NCBI GenBank assembly: GCA_028023455.1
Contig: JAQFVV010000003.1
Coordinates: 26,040,001 to 26,104,000, forward strand
Direction: 5' to 3'
DNA from: Epiperipatus broadwayi
Taxonomy: Eukaryota; Animalia; Onychophora
DNA length: 64,000 bases
Below the pieces are notes generated by a model. The model saw only the letters and a list, made by a program, of their open reading frames with translations, searched no databases and was not told the origin of the DNA. Made by a program: the position numbers and the translations under genes. Positions within the stretch are counted from its first letter, which is position 1; the number at the start of each line of letters is the position of its first letter. Shown here in pieces: positions 37,893 to 51,579 of this stretch.

Positions 37893-39960
37893 AATCATCA
37901 TCATCATCATCAATTTCAACTATTATCTAGCCACTGCAGTATAAAGGCATCTTCAAGCTTAATCCAGTTTCTCCAAACTCTTTTTTCCACATCTCACTAG
38001 TATATTTCCTTATAACGTCCATCCATCTTATATAAGGTTTCTTTCTAATTCTTTTATAATCTCTTAGAATGCAGTTTTAAGATTTCAACTGTTGATTTAT
38101 TATCATCTCTTTTACAAGATGCCCAGCTCAGCTTCACTTTAGCCTCTTAATTCTTTCAACGATGTCAGTAACACTTGTTTATTCTCTCACCAATGTATCT
38201 CCATCTCTTCTTGATACTCATAACATACATTTTTCCATACTTTATAGAGTGATCTGAAATCTTTACATTTAAGTGTCCAAGTTTAAGATCCATAAGTAAG
38301 AACTGGTACAACACATCTATTAAGAACTTTCCTTTTCAAACACAAAGGCATATTTCTTTTTAATATTAAATTATTTCTACCAAAAACATTTAATCCAAGT
38401 TCAAAATCCATGATTAATTTTATCCATTATGTTTCCACTTGTATTAATAATCTGATCAAAGTATATGTAGTTATTAACTTCTAATTCATCATTATCAATC
38501 TTTATTTTCTTCTTTTAATAAAGTTCATTGAAGATTACTTTAGACTTTTTAGTATTCATCTTTTAGTTCTATTTTTTTTACTTCCAACTGATAATTTTTG
38601 CAACATTTCCTGAGTTCTGAAGTATTAATTGCAAATCAACCACATCGTCTGCAAAATCTAGATGCTCTAAATATTTTCCATTTATTTTTATTCAGTTTCC
38701 GATTTTAATCCACAAAATACTTCCTATACACTGTTGTAAAAAACATTGGAGATATAGAGACATCCTGTCATATACCCTTCTCAATGTTAATCTTAGTCTC
38801 ACTACATAATCTAATCACCATCGTTGCATTTTTATATATATTCTTCTAAATATGACAATATCATGAGACTATATCTCGATGACCCAATGCTTTAATCACT
38901 GAAAAAATACTTATAGAATCAAATAACTTTTCATAATCTACAAATCCAAAACATAATTTCAATTCTTATTCATTGATCCTTTGTATAATTTCTATCAATG
39001 CTTGGGTATGATCCACTGTGCTAAAATAATCTTTAAATCCAGTTTATTTTTTAGGTTGATTAAAATCCAAAGTTTATCAACTTGGTAAAAATTTTGTATA
39101 GAACTGATAAAAGACAGATAGATCTATAATTTTTAATATCTTTTTAATCACTTTCCAATCATTTGGTACATCTTTATCATTTAAACAATAGATACATAAC
39201 TTTGTGTCAACAATTTATCTATTTCTTCTACTATTTCTTTTAAGATACCAATTATAATTCTTTCTATCATAACTTGGAGCTTTTTCCTTTTTCATAGATG
39301 TAATTGCATATCTCATTTCATTTAAAATGCTGGACAAATCAGAAGATGTAGTAATTGTAGGAATATATAATTCTCTATAAAATTCTTCTACACACTTTAT
39401 GATGTCATCTCTCTTCCAGTTTTTTTCTTATTACAGAAATGTTTTCTACCAATACCAATACGTTGTTTCATACTTTTATTCTCTTCTATAAGCTTTTTTT
39501 GCTAATTAATTATATTTTTTTATATCGTTATTAATTCTTTTTCATACTATTTTACAAAATTTTAGATATTCAAGCCTTCTTAATAGATCATTTTATATAT
39601 TTTCATGTTCTTTCCTTTCTTTATAATCGTCATCCCAATAGAAATTTTACTGGACAACAGCTACTTTTTTTTGTATAATTATTTTTTGTTATAGTTCTTA
39701 ATAGTATATTAGTTATCTTCCTATTGATTTTGTTCGAATCTAAACCATCTTCAAATTCTATTAATATTTTAAAATAATTTGCAAATTCTAATACAAATTC
39801 ATTGGAATGTTTCTGAAAGTTAAGAATATCAACCGTGAGTACATTTTTCTTTAAAAAATCTTGTCTCTCTAATTTTGCATTAAAATGTAAATCTCACTTA
39901 TTGATAATCACTTTCTGTGATGACTTCATTAAGAACATTACAAACTTGAAACATATTTTA
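37893..39960 (-). mobile_element. Degenerate RTE-clade LINE, same family as 11020-13575, opposite orientation
   Basis: Minus frames give FVDYEKLFDSI, KGI*QDVSISPMFF and INGKYLEHLDFADDVV (RTE-type RT). A (TGA)n microsatellite tail lies at 37893-37912. Confidence 0.85.
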
Positions 39961-41129
39961 TGTTTTGACAGAAAAAATAGTAACTATACTTAAGTTCATT
40001 ATTCAGTAATTAATAAAAAAAATCAATCGAGAATGTTGTACTATAATAAATTTTGAATAAATGGCAATGTCAAATTTAAATATTTCATTATTACTAACAA
40101 ATTTTGAATCATTGGGTGCATAACGTAATATTTACAATTTTATGCTAAAAAATTAAGTGTTCAGAAATTAAGATTATATCAAGATTTATAATAAAAATCA
40201 TTGAGCTCATCTGCTAACTTTGAAAAATGTGAATGACACATCTTTTCATTATTTCAGATTTTATCAATTCCATCTCATAATGGATATTCATGATAATGAG
40301 AAAAAGAAATGATGATGGGCCAAATGTTTACTTAAATCAATTCAAACAACAAATAGCAGTTTAAGAATCTATTTCTAATATTAAAGTAAGTATACTTAAT
40401 TTCATCATGAGGGACTCAAAACAACAAAAATAAAATCTGATAGACAAATGTTTAACTGGATTCAATTTACATATATATATTGAGATTTAAAAATTATACC
40501 ACTATTGTCACATTAGTTATATTTAAAACAATTCTAGTATGTTATTTGAATGATTAAATCACTATCATTTCTATTGTTATCATAAGATATGATTCCCACT
40601 TAAGCCTAACTAATTATATTCCCAATAAAATTCCAGTCAGTTCTCTTCTGTAAAACTTACCTATTACATAATATATATTAAATAACAAAACTTGAAAATT
40701 CATTGTAGTTATATTTATTAAATTAACTATTTTTATTTCTAAATATATACCCAAATTTTAATATATAAAAATTGTGCATCAACAATTTATAGGAAGTTAA
40801 ACTAATTAACAGATTACATCTTACATTATGCAAGTATTTTTTGCCACATCAGTTTGGTTATTATATTTAAAATAGATTTTCTATTTAAAAAATAATTTCT
40901 CCAGTCACTGCAAACATTTTTCCAATCAGTCTTTTCTCCAAACTCCACCATCTACCCAAAAAGATCCTAAAAAAATGTTTGTCTATTTTTTCAATTCATC
41001 TTAAATATCCATGTAATATGACACTAAATATTAAATCTCAAAAAAATTAGTTTTCCTTTATAGTTTTTGTACTCTTTTGCTCTAAAATTTCAAAGGGAAA
41101 ATAAGTACTTTATATGATATTTATTAGTA

Positions 41130-42270
41130 GTCTTCTCTTAGCGTATTGAAACCGCAATAGCGTACTTTTTATATATAAAAATTGTGCATCAACAATTTAT
41201 AGGAAGTTAAACAAACACACAAATATAACGTTACCGGGCCTTTTTTTTTTTTTTGATTTTCAACTTTAACATTATTTTCTAAAATGGAATAATTATATTT
41301 TTAAATTACATTAGACATTTTAATGCTTTGCGACATTTTGCAAACTATTTTTAAACAATTTACGAAATGACAATATTTTGTAAAAAAAAATTTTTTGAAA
41401 ATACAAGAATTCCAATATTTTAAATTACATTTCACAAGTCAGCGGGTGCAGTGATGAAATGTGTTGGGAGGGGGGGGACCGATGGTGTTGCTGGTCTGAA
41501 GGATCGGCTAAAAGATGCAGCACTCAATTTACGAACCGACATTATTTTCTAAAATATAATAATCACATTAGACATGTCAGCGCGTTGCGCTGGAATGTGC
41601 AAGGAAGAGAGGGCGATGGCTTAGCTGGTCCGAAGGATCGGCCAAAAGATGGAATACTCTGAATCAAACCATGATTATGATTTGAAAAACAACGTGCAAC
41701 CTCAGACATTTTATTTGTCTTGTATCTGTTCTTAATCTGCCCAAAAGATGTAGTACTCTAATCAAACCAAGCTTACGATTTCAAAACAATGTGTAATCTT
41801 AGCCATTTCATTTAACTCGTAGCTGTTCTTGCGCAAATGTCTTTTCGCGTGACTTGTGTGAAATGGTGCTTGGCCCGACCCTTTAACAATTCTTTTCACA
41901 TTCCGTGATGTGTAAGGAAACGTGGGGACGGGCTTACAATTATTAGTATGTATTAGTACGTCAGTTAGGATGTAAGATCACTATTATGAAGGTATATTAC
42001 AATAGTTATGGCGAGTTGAATTCCAAACACCCTCACGATGTACGGTAGCGATCTATTAAGTGTGCACATTTGCATAGTGTACATCAGCAGGCCATAATAT
42101 TGGTGTGCAACGCCATCTAAGCCTGCAACAGCTAATATGGACAGAACTGTTCTATAGGCCGTAACTTTCTATGCAAAAGCACAGAAATATTGGGCCACGT
42201 AAATGGTATATTTCTGTGCGTTTGCATAGAAAGTACGCCCTCTTGTGGTTTCAACACGCTAAGAGAAGAC
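41130..42270. mobile_element. Non-autonomous TIR DNA element (about 1.14 kb) flanked by TA
   Basis: About 40-bp imperfect TIRs gtcttctcttagcgt(a/g)ttgaaacc(g/a)caa...gcgtacttt at 41130 and ending at 42270, with TA on both sides. Internal sub-repeats and no ORF with transposase motifs. Confidence 0.8.
42162..42236. repeat. Small inverted repeat (about 27-bp arms) next to the right TIR
   Basis: actttctatgcaaa.gcacagaaatat ... atatttctgtgc.tttgcatagaaagt. Confidence 0.8.
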
Positions 42271-42507
42271 TATCTATTTATTTTTTATTTAACTAGGCAT
42301 ATATATTATAGCATCTTTTAAAAAGTAAATTTTAATCAAATTATTTAATAAATCAATTAATTCATTAATAAATTAAATATCTTTATATATTTTTGCAATG
42401 AGTATTTTACATTATATATTTTTTAAATTTATACTTCAATCGCATTCAAATAACATTTGCTAAAGTTTATTATACTTAACACTGTAACAAATTTTATCAC
42501 ACATTAT

Positions 42508-42652
42508 ACTGCCACTTAGTGGATGCTAGAAGTAATCAATGATGCATCCATTGATTATTATGGCTTGCACTAAGCTGCAATATTGTATGATGAAAGTTGC
42601 TAGTATGTTAACAGGTTGCGTAAACTTAAGAAATGGTGATGATGTGATGTTA
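42508..42652. repeat. Diverged fold-back fragment of the 32-33 kb hammerhead repeat family
   Basis: gccacttagt...agtaatcaatg atgcat ccattgatta...ggcttgcactaag...caata, continuing to aagaaatggtgatgatgtgatgtta. Matches 32127-32160 and its reverse complement at 33283-33390. Confidence 0.7.
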
Positions 42653-45283
42653 TAGAAGTTTATTACATTTAATATAAAAAATTCATGTTTTTTTTTTTGC
42701 TTGACTCATTCTTATAGAAGATTGTAATATATATACATTATTTGATTACATTTTATTTAAAATATATATATATTGTAACCGTATGGTTAGGCTCGATGTT
42801 TGTCAAGCCTTATTTAAGTGGTTAAGTGTGAAAAATTTAAAATTTTAATTGATAACAGTTGTAATATATTAAATCAGTGTATTATTTTGCTGGTATGTAA
42901 TAATAATTGCAAAATTGTATTTTAAAAGTAAATTTTATCAGTAAATCTCCTGAAAGTGATAAAGACTCGGACTATTCAAAATATGCTAAGCCCTCTGGCA
43001 GGGTGTGTATAAGATTTCATATGCAGTTTGTCAGGTGTACTAATTCTCATTAATATTAAAATGATAATTTGATAGCATTATTATTAATTTGAAAGTATAA
43101 ATATGTTTTGGTACTTTATTATTATTAAATAATAATAGTTAGATAGATTTAAATTTATATCTTCTAAATCAATATTTGTAATCAATTCCTAAGTATATTT
43201 TGTTATAGTCTGATTAATTATTACTAATGAATATAGATGGAGAAGTATTAATTATATGCACACTATGCTGTTATTGGTCTATTCTTAATTGTACCATAAT
43301 TCAATGTAATAAAAGGTATAAATAACTTAACATAAGTAGTAGAGGGGGACTATTAATAAAAAAACTAGAGGAAAGACATTAACATCTGAAACAACAAAAC
43401 CAAAGAAATCAAAAATAAAGCTGAAAAAATGATAACATCATATTTAAATTGACCAAAACTAAAATATATTGTAATTCTTAAATCATGGAAAAGAAAATTT
43501 TAATCCCTTGCAACATTTGCCAAGATTTTACACTAGGAGAAAAATGAAAGCCATTTTGAAAAACAAGTATTTTACCAAAAGGAAGCTTGAATTCAAAACC
43601 GGACAAGAAATCGTAAGCATGAAATTTTATTCCACATATCATTACAATTTTTATTACTATAATTATTATGTACATTTGAAAATCCCATATCAATTGTTTA
43701 AAATGACAAAAAGAAAAAAATATTCCGTGTGCTCACTTATACAGCAAATATAAAATATGTTTGCTTTGATCAAGTATATAATAAAAATCTAGTTAAAAAT
43801 AATTTGGACAAAACTTTTTAAATTCAAATTAAAAAAAGTAAAAGTTATTTCAAATGAATAAGAAAGTTTACTGATTTTATAGGATGTGTAAGTTTAGTTT
43901 ACATTTTTTTTTTTTTTTTAAAAAAATTGTCTGATAAATCTTTTGGAGTGCTAACTTACTTCGTCATTAAAAATGAAAACTGAAATACATTTACTGTACT
44001 AATAAATGAAAATAAATGTTTAACTCACATTTATTAAAAACCTTTAATGGAAATCTTGATAAGAAAAAAAAACAATAACCATTCATTATATCATTAAAGA
44101 AAACATTTAATAATGGTGATATAAAAACATAAAGGAATAAATATCTACTTCTTAATAATTGAGGTGGAAAGTTGGAATTAATATTAATTTTTTAAGTGTA
44201 AACAAACGATCTCAAAATGATTTGAAATGCTGAAGTTATCGCCACCTATGTAAAAAGTATTACGGCAGATAAAATAAAATAAAAAATGCTTGTGTGAAAG
44301 TTTTCTCTTGCTACTTAAAGTTATTATTAAAATTACAATTTAGTCAAATAAGGTGGATCCAAAATTCTGCAGAAAATAATTATAAGCGCTATTACATTGT
44401 TATTGTATTGCAATAAGTCTTGATGATTTAATTTTATTATACTAGGATAAATGTGAGAAAATATGAATGCTTCGTTTGTAAAAGGTTTAACCCATAATAA
44501 TGTCATTTCCATTGGCAGTCAGCTCATAGTGAAGGAACTTAGATTATGAACTCGAGGAATAAAGTAAAATATGACAATTTTTTTTTTGTTTGTTTATGTT
44601 TATTATTATATTGTACTAGTTTTGGATAGATTACTAAGGTATATTTTTTTTTTAACGGTATAAATTTGTAATGAGTCTGAAAACAGACCAAGGTAAAATT
44701 ATATACATTTATTTATTTATTTTTCTTTATTGGTTGGTCTAAAATTTAATTTTAAATTAAATATGTTTAGATAGAGAGATATGCTAATCTCTTACATATA
44801 TAAGAATAATTTATTGATATTTTATTTATGAGTAAACAGACAAAAAAACTTACCAGAAGAATAATAGTATTTATTCATAATAACACAATTATCTTATTAT
44901 ATGGAATTTTTCATATAAGTAGAGATACACTCATTTTATATCTTATTATATTTTGCCTATAATTTAATATGTCCACTTTGGTTTATAGAATTTATGCTAT
45001 TTTTCATTGATCATGTGTTTCTTATTAATGAACATTTTTTTATGCTTTTAAGAAAATATTTTATAGTCAGTTGACTTACAATATTTTTGCTGGTTCAATA
45101 CTATTTAGTATATATTGTGAAGTAGGATATTTATCTTTTAGCTCTTATTGTGAGAATTATTTTATCTTACCATTGTTTTGATGAGATTTTGTGCTAGTTT
45201 CCATTTTATATGTGTGAGAAACATATAATTTCATCAAATATTATATCATTGACATTGTGCATGGGTAGATGGAGCATACTCTA

Positions 45284-46120
45284 CCATTATTTATTCCAGG
45301 AGAGGATTATGTTGTCAAGGCTGATAATTAGTTAATGCTTAACTTCATAGTTTAATCCCTGGAAAGAATTATTTTCACGGAATGCATTGTTTCCCTGTGT
45401 TGAGACGACGTCCACACACTTTATACCTAGAAAAAAGGTATTGGAATCTGCCATATTATTATACAACTATATAATGCTGTTTCGAAAAGCCTTTCTTTAT
45501 TGTTTTATCCCTCATGATGACGTCTAGTTATTTTCCACCGTGAATGGTGAAGTTCTTGATGTTCTAAAAATGATATGGCAATGATAAGGTAGAGTTAGCT
45601 TCAGAGACACTTGTAAATCTATAGTGTTTAGCTAAGTAGAATAGTGTATGTATTGTGCTGTTGTACTTTGTCAACAGTTTACAAGCGAACCAATAAAATT
45701 TCCCATTATTTATTCCAGGAGAGGATTATGTTGTCAAGGCTGATAATTAGTTAATGCTTTACTTCATAGTTTAATCCCTGGAAAGAATTATTTTCATGGA
45801 ATGCATTCTTTCCCTGTGTTGAGACGACGTCCACACACTTTATACCTAGAAAAAAGGTATTGGAATCTGCCATATTATTATACAACTATATAATGTTGTT
45901 TTGAAGAGCCTTTCTTTATTGTTTTATCCCTCATGATGATGTCTAGTTATTTTCCACCGTGAATGGGGAAGTTCTTGATGTTCTAAAAATGATATGGCAA
46001 TGATAAGGTAGAGTTAGCTTCAGGGACACTAGTAAATCTATAGTGTTTAGCTAAGTAGAATAGTGTATGTATTGTGCTGTTGTACTTTGTCAACAGTTTA
46101 CAAGCGAACCAATAAAATTT
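45284..46120. repeat. Near-identical head-to-tail duplication, 419-bp unit x2
   Basis: ccattatttattccaggagagg at 45284 and 45703. Both units end gcgaaccaataaaattt and differ by only a few substitutions. Confidence 0.92.
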
Positions 46121-46329
46121 ACTAGTAATTTTAAAACTTATGTATAGCATAATAAGAGATACACATGTACAATGTTATTTTATTGCCATCAAGCAGTAGT
46201 TCACCAATAAATCGGTAAGATCTTTCAATATTTAGAATGATTATTTTATGGGTATAGGCAAAGTTTAGTGCCCTGCATACATTTGATTTCTTGTGTCTGT
46301 TTCCATATTTATATAGTAAATTTCTTCAT

Positions 46330-47100
46330 GTAAATTCGAGGCTGATAGGTAGACTAATATTGCAGGCTATATAAAAGATTTATTAAGCGTCGGCTTCAGC
46401 TACAGATTAATTGCAAAGAAAATAGATCAATTTTACAAAAAATCAATAACTAACCACATAATTAAAGATAAACCTCAAATCACCCTCCCTTACATCCCCA
46501 AAGAATCACAACAGTATATAAAGACTTTAGCTGGTGAATTTAAAGTCGGCTTCCGCACCCCCCCTAATACTAACAGACTGATTAATAATTTAAAGGATAG
46601 AATGGATCCATCTTAGGCACCCCAGGTCGTATACAGCATTTCATGCCCTCAGGCTGGATGCAGTGCCATATACTACGGAGAAACCAAGGCCACTGTCTAT
46701 AATAGAACTGCTCAACACGTATACATATAGAAGAGCAAAAAAGAATAATGATAGCTTCTCAATATTTTTCGAACATGAGAAGCAGACCGGTCATGTGTTT
46801 GAACCCTGCAACCCCAAGATAGTGTGCTCTGAAGCCAACGATTGTAAAAGAAAGACCAAGAAGGCGTATTTCATTATCAATGATATCAATGCCATTAATA
46901 GATGCACCACGTGTTTTGCTATTTCAAGAAAATGGATAAATTAATTTGCATACATTATTATTTAGTAACATTACAGCAATAGTTTATAACCTATTTTGGC
47001 CATGAATATGAGGGAAAACCTCGAAAGTACTAGGCCTAGATTAATTTAATTTAATTGTTTTTGTTTACTGACAGCTTCTTCTTCAGCGGGTTAAATCACT
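46330..47100 (+). mobile_element. Penelope-like element 3' fragment (second family) with GIY-YIG endonuclease
   Basis: Translates ITLPYIPK... followed by VVYSISCPQAGCSAIYYGETKATVYNRTAQH and EHEKQTGHVFE...KIVCSEAN..KRK. Contains stops and frameshifts. Confidence 0.8.
46998..47036 (+). ncRNA. Degenerate minimal hammerhead motif at the PLE 3' end
   Basis: GGCC ATGAATA T GAGG GAAAA CCTC GAA AGTACT A GGCC. Stems I and II are perfect, stem III is the palindrome AGTACT, and the triplet is CUA. The CUGANGA box has two substitutions. Confidence 0.6.
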
Positions 47101-49746
47101 TATATATGCTATTTCATGTTAAATAGTAATAATTGTCATTTGTGCATAATATGATAATTGCCATTATCATATTATTAATTAATAAAGTTTAGATATCCTT
47201 TAATGCTGTCAATAGCATATTACAAATGGATATTATGTTACTAAAAAGATCAGTGCATCAAAACTGATATACAGTACTCAAATGAAATATACCTTGCTTT
47301 ATATTGTTTCTAAAATAGATATGTTTTTCAATTGTTTATTATTTTTTAAAAAAAATTGTAAGTAGTGTAAATAAATCTTGCTGTTTTAAAAATACATTTA
47401 GTTGTCTGTGGTCTTATTGCTCATCATCATCCATATTATTATTGTTATCAACACATTATTTTATTGTCTTAAAAGTCATCATCAATTAATACAGTATATT
47501 TTATTATGCATTAATATATCATAGTGATTTTGGTAAACTTTTACATTTAAAGTACATTTAGAATTTATGGCTTATTGATTAGAGTACTGTAGATCTTAAG
47601 CCCATGTCTTATTTTAAATAATATTTTAATGATTTTGGAATAACCTATTTATTTGAGTCATTAGATACATCATTCACTGATTTTGATCACATTACCCATA
47701 ATTATTTAATAAGAGTTTGTAAGTTAATGTGCTTACTTTATTAAGAACTGGTTTGTACTTCATAAAGTTTAAAATTCATATTACAGTTGGTATTGGAATT
47801 GCCAAATATTGTTTATTAATTCTATTTTGCTTTATGAGCTGTTTTATTTGTTATATTTGAGTAGTAGCAAAATCCCTCTCACTGACCCAAGTATATCTTG
47901 TAAAATGATAATATTTAAGTTATTGGAACCCTGAGAAAAGCAAATTATTAATTCTTAAATGTAATTTTGAATTTATGATAATTTTTATGTCTTAAATTAT
48001 TTGTTGTGCTTTGGTTGGAGTTATGTTTATCTTCACAATGTTATTAATTTAGTATAACTTTGAGATGTAAATTTCTTCTTTAATTTTAAAACTTATAGTT
48101 TATTTTAACTTTATGGATAAATATTCTGGTTTAATCAAGCTTAGAATCCAAACTTTGTTCCATTTTTTTTAATATTATTTAATACAACATTAGTTTATAG
48201 TTGAGGATCTCATATTTCATTTTTATTTCTTTTACTTTTTCATCTTCATTTTATCTTAATTCATCATCATAATTGATTCATCCTCCATTGGCTCCTATTA
48301 TATCATCACTTTTTACTCATTCATTATCCTAACAAACTTTCTTTCTCTTAAGCTCGTTTGTTTTCATTAATTAACTATTATTTATTTTTCATCTATTTAT
48401 CATTTAATTCATAATTCAAATTCCACATTTATGTTATAGACCCGATTATTAATTATTTATTGGTTTACAAATATTAAATTTACTTAATAATATTTTGCTA
48501 TGGATTTTGAAGCTAGTTTAACTAATGTCGATGGACACTTTGTGACTTTCTTTAGATTTATTGTTTCATGCTATTTTAGTTGGTTTTAAGAAAATAATAT
48601 CTTTATTTTAACATTTCTTTTATGCATATATTCTTAATTAGTCATATAGTGAGGATTACAATATATATAAATTATTTAAAGTAATAATGAAAATATTTTT
48701 ATCACATTAAAAGTTTACACCAGTAATTTAAATCCAGCTATTCAATTTAGTTATTTTTTGACAACATAGTCTTTATTAATGATATATTTGATTTTTCATG
48801 TTTTTATAAATTGAAATATTAGAAAACATTATCAAAATATATTACATTAATATAGTGCTTTCATATATTTAAAATAGAAAAAAGCATAACCGAATCCAAA
48901 CAAAATAGTCATATACGATTTCAATTATCCATAATTAGAAAATATATATATAAAATTACAAATTAAATTAAAAAAAAAATAAGAAATTTTAATATTACAT
49001 ATATTAATTTTTTATTGACAATAAAAATACTGCTCACATCTATATATTATATATATTTTCAACATGTATTTACATATATACGCATTTATATGTGTATATA
49101 GTGTGTGTGTGTTAAAAATGCATATTATAATAGAATTCTTCCCTATTTTCTGTAAATTTCAGTATCCACAATTTAGCTTCTAATCAAATGTAGTTGATAC
49201 TGGGAGGACTGCTACATATATGTATAAATTTGTTCATTATTTTGGCTATTTTTGTATTCCATAAGATAAATAGCATTAAACATTTTAAAGTTTTTAAAAT
49301 TTAAATCCAATTTTGATTTTTAACTATTTACATTAATTTTCATAATAAATATTTCATATATGTATATTTTCCCAGAAATACGAATCCATTTTTTCATATA
49401 TTGTAATATTGATATATCACGATTAAATTATTTTATATATTTTTTATTTATTACTTATTAATCATTGGAATTTGTATATAATTCACTATTCATTATAAAT
49501 ATAATACTCAATTCAAAACAAACTGTTTCAAAAAAACTAAATATATTTTTCAAATATCCTTGACTTGTTGCATGTTAAATTTTTTTTTTCCCACTTAAAA
49601 TAAGTATTTTTGGATAAAACAGATTTTGTTATTCTTTTTTCCCTAAAATTGTTTTAAATAATATAATTTTTTTCTTATTATTAATAAATTTGTGAAATAT
49701 TAAAAAATATCAATGAAACAAATTTGATTTGTAATTACTATCTCAT

Positions 49747-50151
49747 AAATATATAAAATGCGCTAACACGCACAAGCACACAAAGCTAAAAACAAATAAA
49801 GCAAATATATATTATTTTAATATCTATTCATTAAATGGCTAAGCGCTTTCAAGGTTCAAGCCCTCATAATCATAGCCGTATTACAAAATATAATAAATTG
49901 ACTTGGAGTGATGCAAATTTATGCAAATGAAATAATTATGCATTCCATTTCTTGGATATTTTGTAGCAAGAGTCTTTTGCATCACTCCAAGTCAATTTAT
50001 TATATTTTGTAATACGGCTATGATTATGAGGGCTTGAACCTTGAAAGCGCTTAGCCATTTAATGAATAGATATTAAAATAATATATATTTGCTTTATTTG
50101 TTTTTAGCTTTGTGTGCTTGTGCGTGTTAGCACATTTTATATATTTTGATT
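49747..50151. mobile_element. Fold-back MITE copy 1 (171-bp arms, 58-bp spacer)
   Basis: 49747-49917 is the reverse complement of 49976-50146 with one mismatch. Confidence 0.9.
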
Positions 50152-51059
50152 CATAATTAGCCACAAAGTATAAACTATTTGCTTATCTCATAAATAGAAA
50201 ATTCTATTTATTTTTCATTTAAGAAAAGTGATTTTAAGGGAAATTAAGTTATAATATTTTTATTATTATTTGTACAGAAATCCCTGTTATTCACAATTAA
50301 TACCAGAAGAAAAAAAATTCATGATAATGAATCCATTTGTAATAGAAACCAAATTTAAAAAAGGAACTGGGACAGCAGCCTCCATGCACATATTTTCAGT
50401 TCTAATAAATATAAATATTAAAAAATTTAAATTTACAAAATTAAGTTTTAAAATAGCAAACAATAACAACAACAAAAAGAACTTAATGAAATGTTTTATA
50501 AAATCTGAATGTTTCTTAACATTGTTTGATATAATCACCAATTATTGTCTGCCTGAATGAAACACATCATTTTAAAATTATTCCACATACAGTAGAGTAG
50601 ATTTTTATGAGTTTTATATTAGTGCAAAATTTTTTTATTTGCACTTTCCATACCTACTGTGATATATAAATTACTTAATTTTTTCTAACATCAAAAAATG
50701 GTTGAGTAGTTGCTGAAACAAGATTAGATTTTTATGTTTTTTAAATACTGCAATGAAAATGTTATGATATAATTTTTTTCATAACTCCATATATTAGATA
50801 AAATAAAATATTTCAAGGAATGAGATTATATATATATATATTTTTAGAAACATTTCATTTTTATTGTAATGATTTATTTTTCTAATTTTTTTTTATTAAA
50901 AAAAACATTATATAATTGTTATAAATTAAACTACAAAATTAAATTGTTTACTGAAAAATACTAAAAATAATTAAATATAGTGTAGCATTTGATGAATAAT
51001 TTCAGTTCATATTGTTTTAATTTTCGATTGTATTAAAATAGGATAAATACACATCAACA

Positions 51060-51425
51060 TATGAGTGCATGTAAATTTAATCCAATAGCACACGCGTAAA
51101 GATTAATTTCCTTCCACAAGATTACAATCATATATGTCGCTAAATTATTTATTTATATACATTTAAACTAATATAATTCAAAATCGCAGATACTTAAAAA
51201 TGAGAAACTTTCCCTTCCCTGTGAGATATAAAACTAAATTTGTACAAATAATTTGTCAATTAAAATATAAATTCAATTCCTAATTTAAGCACGATCAATA
51301 AAGGTTGGTTTATATAAAAATAAGCTATAAGCATAAGTGTTACCCTTAAACACTTAATGAGTGAGTGAGTGCATGTAAATTTAATCTAATAGAGCATAGT
51401 TGAAGATTAATTTCCTTCCACAAGA
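51060..51425. repeat. Direct repeat (about 60 bp x2)
   Basis: gagtgcatgtaaatttaatc.aatag...aagattaatttccttccacaagat at about 51063-51122 and 51367-51426. Confidence 0.75.
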
Positions 51426-51579
51426 TACTCATCAACATAAATATTTATAAGGACTTTAATAAAAAATAAATAACAATGCAAATTAACTTTCTTACATTAA
51501 ATAGATTTATAAAAATTTCAAGAGAAGTATATAACAAAGAACTTTCTTAAAATATAATAAAACTAAAAGAATACTTAAC

